From positions 616,016 to 680,015 of the forward strand of contig NMRA01000060.1 in NCBI GenBank assembly GCA_002633005.1: a stretch of 64,000 nt of DNA, in the 5' to 3' direction. This document shows positions 52,300-62,990 of this stretch, one piece after another. Source of the DNA: Phoronis australis (lineage: Eukaryota > Animalia > Phoronida). The notes under the pieces were generated by a model. That model made no database searches. It was not told the DNA's origin and saw only the letters and a program-made list of their open reading frames with translations. The translations under genes and the position numbers were made by a program. Numbering within the stretch: the stretch's first letter is position 1; every line of letters begins with the position of its first letter.

Positions 52300-54985
52300 T
52301 AAGTACAAAGAAATCTATATACAATTATTATACACAAACACATAAATTAAAAAAGTGTTGTTGAGATTACAATAACATATAATTACAAATGTAAATAAAT
52401 CATTTTCATACACAATAACATATTTTACATATATATAATTCTATCCACTCACACAAAAAGATTTAGCATTATGAAGAAATTTCAATACTTTTTCGAATAA
52501 AACCTTATTTTTATTTGATTTTGTTGTACATTTGAGGAATATCAGAACAATTTTTGTAAACAATGGGGTATTGTTCGAGTGTCTGGAAAAGCTTTACCCT
52601 CTGCTCCTTGCATACCTCACAAGCAAAGAAAACACGAGCATTTGTGTGGGTGTCTCCACAGGAACATAGAGGCGAAATATCATTAAAATTATGTCTAAAT
52701 TTCTCGTTGTTTAGGAATAGACACCATCTTGATCTGTATAAGATGGTTGCGAGAAAGTTGGAATGATGCCAATGGGATTGGCAAATCTAGAGTAGTGGTA
52801 TGCAGTTTAAAGTTATCTTTGAGAGTGACGATTGAGGTGATTTCATTTATTTTGGATGGTAAGGAATTCCAGTTGTCAATGCAAGTTAATATCGTAGATT
52901 TCCTGAAGGCTTGGCTGAGGGAAGATGGAATAGTGTATGTACTACTTTGCCGCAGTCCTGGTCTTGCGTTAAGTCTTTTTTAGGAGTCAAAGAGGATTTC
53001 CTTTGAATAATTGTTTATGTTGGTTAAGACTTTGAATGTATAGATGGACAGGTGGAGTTTACGACGGGTTGCTAGTTTGCTCCTTGATTGTATTGGATCC
53101 TTTGTATGCTCCTGTTATGGCTAAAGCTGCATGGTATTGTCTTTCTAATTGAGGAAGTATGCCAGCGTTTGCCGATTGGTAGATTATGTCACAGTAATCT
53201 AGATGTGGAAGTACAAAAGAGTTGAAAACAGTGTCAGAATAAATATTGATTAAGTAATTAGTAAGAACAGATCCATTTTAAGTTGCCCAAAATTTGAACA
53301 TACGTACTTTTGAATCATGGGATCAAACTTGCTGACGTGTATTTTAACGACACCATCTATTTTAGGTGATGTTTACAACTTTGGTTCGGGGGTCAAAGCA
53401 CTTTAGAGATTCTAGAAATTTCTGAGAGCAAATTGTAACAGCCAATGATATGATTAGATTAGATCATGTGGTTTTTATTAGCCAATCGCTAAATAAGTAG
53501 AAAATTATAATATGGGCTAAAATTAAGAGGTTATTCAGGTGAGCTATAGTAGTTGAAGCATAAAGCTTGCTATAGTGTACAGAGGAAATTGTACAACAGA
53601 GCCATCTTGAGGAAGATTCTAAAGAGGATCTTGGCAAGGGCGAGGATTAACGAACAGGAAGTTAACTTAGAGCTTGTCACTTGCACCGTGGGTAATAAGA
53701 TACGGCCTGAAGTGTTGCGTCACAAGAGACTGTAAACCAGCAAGAAGAATCGTGGTTAGAAGAAACTGCCTGCGGGTTTTGCCACCAGAGACTGTGACCA
53801 GCGAGTACACTGTCGTAATACAGTGTGTGTAGTTCGAAGATTCATCAACAGGACTGTCTTCCAACAAGTGGAGAGTCCTTCAGCTTGGATAGCAGATAAG
53901 ACATTTGATTAATTTGATTGATTGAAGTAATCTTAAAAGAGGGCGCAAGCGTAGTTACTCTTCTTTGTAGTTAATTACTTAATTAACAACAGGGTTCAAT
54001 TGTCTAATTAGTGGTTACCATATAATAAATTACTTACTGGATTTAACTATTCTCTCCATCTACGCACTATCTCAAAACATAGCTACCTTTTAAGCAAACA
54101 CATAGTCAATCTCTGACAAACAGAGTTTCAAGATGCATGGATTTGAGATGACGAGAGACAATTCTAATTGGATTGATTAATTTTTGTACTTTATGAACGA
54201 GTTCGCGACAATGAGGAGTAAATGTAAGCTTATGGTCTAGTAGTAAGCCAAGATGTTTGTGCGTGAACTTATTGGGAATAACTTCCCCATTGAGTGATAA
54301 TTCCAGCATTGGATTTGTTTGCAAATGAGTATTATTAAGCTTAGAAAATATAAGATCAACATTTTTTTCAGGTTTAAATTTCATCTTCCATTTGTAAGAC
54401 CAGTCGTAGAATGTGTTTAGTTCAGTTTGCAATTGTAAGGAGTCGTGGGGATGCTCTTTTGTGAATTGGTAGAAAATTGCAGTGTCATCAGCATATAAAA
54501 ATGTTTTAGAGTTTATTGCGTCTGGAAGATCATTGATGTACAGCAAAAAGAGTAAGGGGCCTAGTACGCGACCATGTGGTACTCCAGCATTTACGAAAGC
54601 TTGTGTTAATGAGGGTGATAAGACACCCTCAATTCGGGCATTGTAAGTTCGACATTCCAGACATGATTTTATAAGTAAGAGGGAAGTGCCTGATAAACCG
54701 TAAGATTGTAATTTATGTAGAAGCAGATCATGGGGAACGACATCAAAATCTGACGCAATGTCTAAAAATACGGATCTCACGTTGTATCCTTGCTTAAGCT
54801 GGAGGTGGATTTCATGTACAATTTCTATAAGTTGGGACACAGTGCATTTACCTGCATGAATCCAAATTGGCGACGATATATGAGGCTTTGTGAAGAGTGG
54901 TGGTCAAACATGTGCTGAGAAATGATTTTTCTAATATTTTGGATAAGGTGTTAAGAAGAGTTATGGGGCGATAGTTGGCAATGTC
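52300..54985 (-). mobile_element. Decayed CR1-group LINE (RT domain and C-terminus) interrupted by a solo LTR
   Basis: ORF 54106-54840 has VFLDIASDFDVVPH, AGVPHGRVLGPLLFLLYINDL, LYADDT and HKHLGLLLDHKLTF. Upstream is NYRPITLL (~54960-54980). After the insertion it resumes as FNSFVLPHLDYCDIIY..AITGA..RRKLHL. Confidence 0.92.
53232..54118. mobile_element. Solo LTR (887 bp) inserted in the LINE
   Basis: Termini TGTCAGA...TCTGACA; perfect 5-bp TSD AACAG at 53227-53231 and 54119-54123; LINE coding sequence continues on both sides. Confidence 0.85.
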
Positions 54986-55936
54986 CAGAAGTTGATTGTG
55001 CGGAAATATTGCGGTCTCGACAAGTAAATCGATGAACCTTAAAATGCGGTCACTTGTAAAGATACATAAAGGAAATAATCAACGATGGCACTCAAACGTC
55101 AACATAATTTGAAAATGCCGGTTTTGGAGAAATTATCGAATTATCTGTAATTAACTAATATTCACTGAGACAACAACGTATTGAGAGTATAGGTTATGTT
55201 GAAATTGGCACACAGACAAGTTGCACGAATTTTACCGATAAAAATCAAATAACCAAGTCAAAGTTACGGTTTATTATTGACAATTTTTTACAAACAAATG
55301 CAGAACACCACTGGAAAGTACTTGGAACATGGTGACATGGTCTCTGAAACTTTTAAAAAATTGTCCGGGTTTCCTGTCCGTTCCCCGGGTTTCCTGTTTT
55401 AAAGGTCGAGGTTCGTGTTTAGAGGTCGGGTTTCATGTTTCGTGCTTTTCTGGCTGTTAAGCTGTTTTGAAGGTGCGGGGCCTTTTGTTTTACACCGGGC
55501 TTTCAGTTTCGATGGAACACCTTGTGTTCGTAACTTTCTTAATTTCTTCGAGGGACTGCACAAAATAACAGTTATAACATATATTTTTAAAAACAAAAAG
55601 CAATGCATATCATAGTTTTGAATTTGAATACCGTGCACTGCATGCGTGTATTTAGCCAATGGAATCGGGGTTAGGCTTGGCTGTCCGATACTGAGTGAAA
55701 TTAAGGAGTAAGTATGAATGACGATTGGCTTAACCGTGACAAAATAGTGCGTGTAGATGTCGATGATTTTTTGTACTTAGTTTTGTATTTAACATTAACG
55801 ATTTCATTTAAATTGCTGCGGATAGACAGAAAAAATCGAAACCGCTTTGGTATAAGGCATGTTCATTGCATTTGGATTGTGCAAAGGATAAATCTGAGGG
55901 TCACTGCAAACAGAACGCTACGAGATCTGCTGTCAA

Positions 55937-56059
55937 CCTCAACTGATGACTGAGCTGACAAGCTCACGTCAAGGCGATAATTAAATGAACTACAGGTGCC
56001 TGTTTTTTTCAATTACTATCTTAACGCCTCGACATGAGCTGTCAACTCAGCAATTGAGG
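55937..56059. repeat. Imperfect hairpin / small MITE
   Basis: CCTCAACTG..CTGAGCTGACAAGCTCACGTCAAGGCG pairs with CGCCTCGACATGAGCTGTCAACTCAGCAATTGAGG. Confidence 0.7.
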
Positions 56060-57519
56060 AAGAAATAATTCATTATCTTCTAAATTTCCATTTTTTGTAT
56101 GATTCGGTGGTTTTTGCTCACGTCACATCTAGCGGTTTAATTTCACATTAAGCTCCACGATTTGTTAAAGAACACGACATGCTAAATGGCAGATGGTGTT
56201 TTCTTACTTTGGAATGAAAGGAACTTCTTATACGGAAATGAGTGACACGAAGGACTACGTGAAATATCTATTCATATTTTTATAATCCCTAAGGCGAAAA
56301 TGAGAGTGATGAAAAACGAGTAGTCCTTCCATCACAAACCATTTTTTGATTAGACAATTTCCCGTTGTGCAACTGGCCTCACGTAGTTCGTCCGTTAACG
56401 TTAAGGTGATTTCAAGACGTGGAAAGAGCTGACAATTTGTTGCTGCTTGTGAACAGGCGCTACAAGCTGCCGCGTGATATCGTGTCATTTTATGGGCCTA
56501 GCCCCACATAATTACTTTACGCCGCAAATAGTTAATTTACACCTCTAAATATTTATTTAACGCCTCCAACAAAATTAACTTACGCACGTAATGTAACGAC
56601 GTAAGTAATTATTTGCGTAATAACTTAACGCCATACGTAATTTAACGGCGCATGTTCGCCCATTTGGCCAACGGTAACAGTAGGAAGAGGTTTTATAAAA
56701 CCAATTTCATTGGTTAGATTGTCAAAAGGTTGTAATTATGCCATTCTAAACATATTAAGGATTGTCACAAATCCATCCTTCTTCCTGAGAATCACATGTG
56801 CTAACTTTGGAGCGCGTGCTAACTTTGGGCCGTTGTCGTCGGTAAAAATCCGGCAATCTGAAAGATCGGTCATGTTCTCACAACTTTCATCTCAGGTTCA
56901 GTATCGATGCAAAGAAAATACGCGAAGTGGCCCCTTAGAGTTCACGTTTTGGTGACAGAAAATTATTAGGAAGCGCTATTTTGCCGTCTATTTGCCGCTT
57001 TGAGACAAATCCGTATTTTATTGTTCGGTCCCGATGGAGTGCAATGTTAAATTCGACTTGTTTAGTCCACCTACACACTGTAGTTCACCACCACGCAAGT
57101 GCGTACGCGCGTCGCATGCTCATTTCGAAACCGTCTCGGTGGACTCGTGTATTTAACAAGGGAAGGTCAATATATTGGAGAATCTATTACTAATATTTTT
57201 GAAACTCGAAATGCAACAGGTTTGCCTACATCACATGAACGAAAATGGTTAGGTTATGAAGTAGTGACTGATAATCTTGTACATGACGCGTTTTGCCTAG
57301 AACTAGAGTGATGCTTTGTTTTATCGGGACGGGCCTATCACCGCAGTATGTAAAGGCACATGGAATCACAGAAGCCATTTGCCTACGAGTTTTGGCTTGT
57401 TGCTCGACTGTACGTCCGTCTGTCTGAATTTTACCTTTGGAAATATATTTTTAAAAATTCCTATCTTAAGTCTATGATTAGTCCGAACCAAACCCGTTGA
57501 CTTCATTTTCTCTTTCTAG

Positions 57520-57779
57520 ATCACCTATCTGCAGTAGAGCGCGCTTGTTTTGCACCCCAGAACGTTCCAGGTTTTGTGGCGACCGTTGGATGTCATCAGT
57601 GGAAGAGTCCGTCAGGTTACGAGTCCACTTACTGCTTTTGCAACTCTACTAACTGCAATGGATGTCATGAGGTAGCTCATGCCAGCACCCAGACTATATT
57701 GACAGTTTTCGTGACCTGGTTCATTTTGTGGCTTGGTCAAACAGGAATGGAGGTAGCCTCATGGTTCCAGTTGACATAG
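57520..57779 (+). CDS. Ly6/uPAR three-finger protein, terminal coding exon (Cys6-10, hydrophobic GPI-signal-like tail)
   Basis: Polypyrimidine acceptor CTTCATTTTCTCTTTCTAG (to 57519), phase 1. Encodes HLSAVERACFAPQNVPGFVATVGCHQWKSPSGYESTYCFCNSTNCNGCHEVAHASTQTILTVFVTWFILWLGQTGMEVASWFQLT*. CxCxxxxCN is the LU-domain end motif of quiver-type proteins. Confidence 0.9.
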
Positions 57780-58169
57780 GCCGACGAATTTATTCGTGGC
57801 ACGAATGGTTTATACTATCTATTTTCAAATTGTGAATAGATTAGTAATGTTTGCAACAGGTCCTGGATTAGACTCCATTTATCGCTGAGGAAGAAAATTG
57901 TTTTGCATGACTGTCCTCCTTTTCAAAATATCAGGTACTGCTGAGTTGTTTAAGAAAGAAAGCACGTGCAGTACTCATTATTGCCATTTTTGCCAATTTC
58001 CGGCGATGGCATTGCACCTCAAAACGTAAAGTTATTGTAAGAAATACGCGTTTGCCTGCATTGCAATTATGAATTGCATGACAATTAATTTAGTGGCGCT
58101 AGTACATTTGCATGCGAAGAAGCAAGACAAGCGCCAGCCTCAAGATGGTGTTGGTATGTTTAACCATTT

Positions 58170-58663
58170 GATTAGGCAAAAGCGCGTGTAAATTTAGAAG
58201 AAAAAAAAATACCCGTAAATTAGGAAAAGTACACGTAGATTAAGCAAAAGCACGCGTAAATTACGCAAAAGTAGACGTAGATTAAGCAAAAGTACCCGTA
58301 GATTAAGGAAATCTCAACGCGCAGATATGTACTCGTTTAAGAACTATGAGGCCCCAACGGCTTCTTAAACGAGTTCCTTTCTTCGCGTAGAAGTGTGCTT
58401 AATCTACATCTACTTTTGCATAGTTTATTCGTACGTTTAATCAGTTTATGTAGTCCAATCACACCTGTGCTCTCAAACTAACTGAGTAGAGCTATGATCG
58501 TTTAAGTACACGTAGATTAAGTAAAAGTACACGTAAATTAAAGGTTCGCACTGATTAAGCAAAACCACACGTAAATTAAGCAAAAGTACACGTAGGTTAA
58601 GCAAAGGTACGCGTAGATTGAGCAAAAGTAAACGTAGATTAAGAAAAACTACACTTTGATTAA
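58170..58663. repeat. 21-bp tandem repeat element with internal palindrome
   Basis: Unit GATTAAGCAAAAGTACACGTA in two arrays around ACTCGTTTAAGAA...TTCTTAAACGAGT (~58331-58376). It continues as TTAAGCAC after the MITE inserted at its TTAA. Confidence 0.85.
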
Positions 58664-59609
58664 AGGAGAATGCCACCCGATTTAATTAGTCTTTTTTGCC
58701 GTCTTAATCGGTCTATATCCACATCGCCTCGCATATGGTCGACCTTACCTTGCCAAGAGGTGTCGCGTTAACCTGTGAGGAAGGTGAGAAACGACGCTGG
58801 CGACGTCAGTGGTTCATATGCAGAGTGAATGCCGCTGTGTTGCGGTGAATCGTTCCCGCTTGTCCGAACTAAGCAGCTGCGAGGAAAGCGGGTATATCGT
58901 ATTTTTTACTTCCTTGAGAGTGCGAAATGCTTAGGAAGTGGCTCATGGTAGTGAAGAATGAAATGTACGCTGTAAATAGCAATTATGAGGCCGTGCAACC
59001 TCTCCGTGTCTGTGACCTGCAGACGTCGACAGTGCCTGGCTTACCAAATAACTCCGTACGTTCCGTTGTCTGAGCTTGTTCACGGCGCCTCTCTAGTATT
59101 TCTTCATCACTGTATTCCTGTTCGAATTGATAGCCTGCAAAACTTAACGATCCACCTGCGAAGTCGGGACTGATGAGCTCTAGCTTGTCCTAAGTCGGGA
59201 TTGCGAGTTGCCATGTTGGCGTTTATTACTGAGCGTTCTGTTTCAAAATGAATTTTTCTCACCCTAACCAACTGAAAAAAATTCTGTTTCATCAGATGCA
59301 ATTTGTAATGCCTTTGGAGTATTCATGAGTGCAAATGATTTGAGAAGCCAGCAATGAATAAATCACTGCGTTACCGGCTTAAGGTGCAATAAAACTAATT
59401 GACGGGACACCGAGGCCGTGTGAGCTCATGTTAATTTAGTGTTTGGTGGCAGAAACTATTGTGAAACAACTCGATTTCCATCCCACGGCGAGGTATCAGG
59501 GTAATCTGCCGTCAGGTTTCAGCTAACGCAACCGTACGTGTCGTTATGGAGTAGAACTACTCGATCTAAATTGATACAAATTAGGTTGTTTTTTGGGTGA
59601 CATGCTCCT
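58664..59609. mobile_element. TTAA-target MITE (Kolobok-like), copy 2, inverted relative to copy 1
   Basis: TTAA|AGGAGAATGCCACCC...GGGTGACATGCTCCT|TTAA. Confidence 0.85.
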
Positions 59610-59680
59610 TTAAGCACATTGCAACGCGCAAACAGTTACTTGTTTAAGAACGATCTCAAAAAAGCCATTGGCGCTTCATT

Positions 59681-60139
59681 TGTTCTTTTGAGAACGTGTG
59701 TAATTCACTCGTCATACGAGTACATTACACACGTGGATTACATTCGCCCTAACGAGAGCAGACCTTCGTTCCTTCGCTGCCAGGTGAGAACGAGTAAAAA
59801 TACGCTCGTATGAACGAGTACATAGCTTCGTTCTTTCGCCACCAGGGGAACGCAGGCAAGTGTGAAACGCACTCATTCGAAATATAGTACACGGTAAAAT
59901 GTGTTCAATTGATTGCTTATCTGTTATTATTTGTAATGTGGGCCAGTGGCCTTATCATACACAGATCAATATACAAGTACAATGCACCCGTTCAAACGAG
60001 TGCCCTCTTCGTGTGTTACGTCTCTGGTAACTCTGCAGAGAATAGAATCGCGACCGGATGTTTACAACTCTAAGCACTAGCATGGACGCGTACATTTCAC
60101 TCGTATGACGAGTGCGTTACACACGTTTTCAAAAGAACA
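59681..60139. mobile_element. MITE with ~40-bp TIRs
   Basis: TGTTCTTTTGAGAACGTGTGTAATTCACTCGTCATACGAGT versus ACTCGTATGACGAGTGCGTTACACACGTTTTCAAAAGAACA. Confidence 0.8.
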
Positions 60140-62574
60140 CGTTAGCATTCAATATAGTTGCCAGCACTGTCGGGTGACAAATGATTGCATTTAGGTAATC
60201 AGCAGCAGCAGAAACCGGAAGAATGGGGCAGGAGTTTCATTTTTCATTCAGAAGATTTAGGTCATGGAAATGCCCTTAAACAGTGGGACGAATTTTCAGG
60301 GCTCTCGGAAGGTGAAACATTTCGAAATGAAGTGCTTCAGTTGCTCAAATCTGTCCGGGTGCCAACATTCACTCTTTGGTCATTTCAGAATTGTGACTAT
60401 TAAGTTTGGGTATATACTGTGGAATACCTCTCAGTGGGTCGTAAACACTTGGGTTTTACGTTTTAGTTGTTTTGTGTTCAGTGAAATTTAACTAATCGAG
60501 CAGAAAGTTGTAGAGGGCTGCGCTATGTCAGAGAGAAAAGTAAAACGGCTTCAAGGGATTGTCTGGGCAGAAAACGGGCAAACTATAGACTGGGACATTC
60601 TGCTGTTCCCGTAATTTTACTAAAAAGCCTGTCCTCGATACATCGCTCGACTTTAAAGGCCTTGCCCTGCCTCTGCAAGACCACCAAAATGATTCGGGCG
60701 TTCCTTGCGTGGAACGTTCGTATTATGATTTGATAGTGAGACAGTTGTCACCTCAGTAGAAATTTGAAAGGATCCCAACCCGTTGTAGCATGTGGGGATT
60801 GTTTAATCTAAATGTATTCACATTAAATGATTTGGATTGAAATTGTATTGATCTTTTTGGTCCATGTCGTTGTATACATGTAATTAAAATTAAAATCCAG
60901 AACGATGAACATAAAAATCCCAAAGTCACACACAAAGTATTAACATTTTATTTCTGCTTAATATTTTTACATATGTTCAATAATAGGTAAGAAAGTGACT
61001 GTTAAACTTCAATTTAGGATTCAAATGTTTTCTAAACTGGGAATTATCAGTGTACAAAGGCTTACTATACATTCCTACAAACGCTCAAGTTTAATGTAAG
61101 TGTGTTGTTTGATGATAACTACACGTATACAGTACAAATCACGTTAATAAGGAAGTAAAATTTCCCCAATTTTTCAAAGAAGCTTTTAAGCCATGTTCAC
61201 AAGTTCAGTTCAACTTCACCGTGTTCTCATTCATTGTCTTTAAATACAGCTGTAAGTCTAATGGAATTGATTTGTCGTAGCGACCGAAACCAACATGAGG
61301 AGCTTTCAAATCTTCTCAGTTTTTGAACTTATTTCTAATGTGAGTTTATATTGTTTAGGAGTTCGAAATAGAACTCTTCTTGTGCCTGTAATACGATTGT
61401 CGTTCATCTTCATAGATTTTTTTCGCGTTTTAATAAGTGTTATTGGTTTTCAAAAATAGCCTTATCGGTTATAATAAAACTGTGTTGTCATTGACAGCAT
61501 GAAATTGTACTGGCTTTGATGAATTATTCAAAAGTATTTTAAAAAGTTGGAAAATTAGATGGAAAATGTCGGGCAAAGTGACAACTAATGAGGTTACAAA
61601 TGTGCTTTATTTGAGGCTTAGCCCAACTGGGACACGTTCAGCAATAGATGGCACTACTATTCACGTGTACGCTTGCGTTCCTAATGTCCGGAAGAGCTTA
61701 CATTGCAAGCCAACATTAAGTGAATTATATTCAGAGACCATAATCCTGGAGGCTTTTTGAGCATAGAGAGGCAAATATGTTTCTTGAGTAGGCCTACCAC
61801 GTACAGCGCTTTGTGAATGTAAGTATCCCGAGGCTCGAAAATGGCCATCTAGCAGGTTCCCACGTTCGGTGGGTGTGGCCATAGGGAGCCGTAAGACTGT
61901 CACTTAAAAATGAACAAGTCTCTCTGCTCTGGTGATCACCTAAATACTTGACACATTTACTATGCAATTCACTGTATTAAAATTGCACATTGCCAGGCAG
62001 TTTCAGCGGTACGGCACTTCAGCTAAACAATTCTGATTGGGGTCAAATTTTTAGCTAGTTCAATACTAGATTAATCGCATGAAATCAGTTGGAAATTATT
62101 CACAATTATGCAATGTATCACGAATTAACACTGCCAGACAAATCCTTTGGTGGGTCTACCCCCGCCCAAACACGCTTGCTCAACCCACCCGGTAACCACC
62201 TGAAACCAATTGCAGAACTTCATGCATCACGCCACACGACACAATTATTATGTAAGACAATTTCAGTGGTGGGGAGCCTATTCCCTGTAGATAAACATAG
62301 CGGGGTCCAAATTTGAAGGACATCAACCCACAAAGTAACCGCATGAGACTAATTGAAAAATATCTAACACTCAAACCGTGTATCGTGAATGAAAATTTCC
62401 AAACAAATACAGTTGTGGATAACTCTCACCAGAGGACATGCAAACCTTTGAATTGAGCTAGATCAACTTACCAGGCAAATGGTTGAAACCAATAGCGGAG
62501 TTGCAACGCCGTCATACTGGAAATGAGTCAGAATGTTGCATTGTGGTTACAATAATATCATTCAGTAAATAAGT

Positions 62575-62990
62575 ATGTCCTCAAGCGTGCGGGCTAACCG
62601 GCCACAGGGATAGACCGGCAGCCCAGAGCACTCAGCATAGATGAACGAGGTACCAACATCTGACCACGGGAGCATTTAGAGTCCACCTCAGTATGTACAG
62701 AGATGGACGTCTGCCGTTGTCTGCACTCTCGTTCATCTAAGCCAAGTGCTCTGGGCTGCCGGTCTAGGAGGTTATACGTGTAGTGTGCCTGGTTGCTATA
62801 ACAAGGGAGAATAAAGAACTTATTTAGTTACTTCCTGTTTCCCAAGGATCAAGAACTGCGTAAAAATAGGTTTGAAACATAAGTAGAGCTGGAAGCAAAC
62901 GGCCGATTTAGTGAATTCGTTCCGACATCGTGGCATAAAGTATGCAGCGCTCATTTTGAGGGCGGCAAGAAAACGTATCTTGGAAACTTG
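62575..62990 (+). pseudogene. THAP-domain (C2CH zinc finger) remnant, probably from a DNA transposon
   Basis: After removing the MITE: MSSSVRANRPQGGYTCSVPGCYN..; then, with a stop and frameshifts, FSYFLFPKDQELRK and FVPTSWHKVCSAHFEGGKKTY. Confidence 0.82.
62611..62766. mobile_element. 156-bp MITE with 3-bp TSD inserted in the THAP ORF
   Basis: Perfect 22-bp TIRs TAGACCGGCAGCCCAGAGCACT / AGTGCTCTGGGCTGCCGGTCTA; GGA at 62608-62610 and 62767-62769. Confidence 0.9.

Noticed and set aside
55943-55972. Hammerhead-like CTGATGAC-TGAGCT-GACA-AGCTCA-CGTC
   Set aside because: Lacks GAAA, and the opposite arm of the hairpin lacks the core too; explained as a MITE arm.
58473-58676. Leucine-rich-repeat-like ORF (LLNLRVL)n
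   Set aside because: The 7-aa periodicity is just the 21-bp tandem repeat read on the minus strand.
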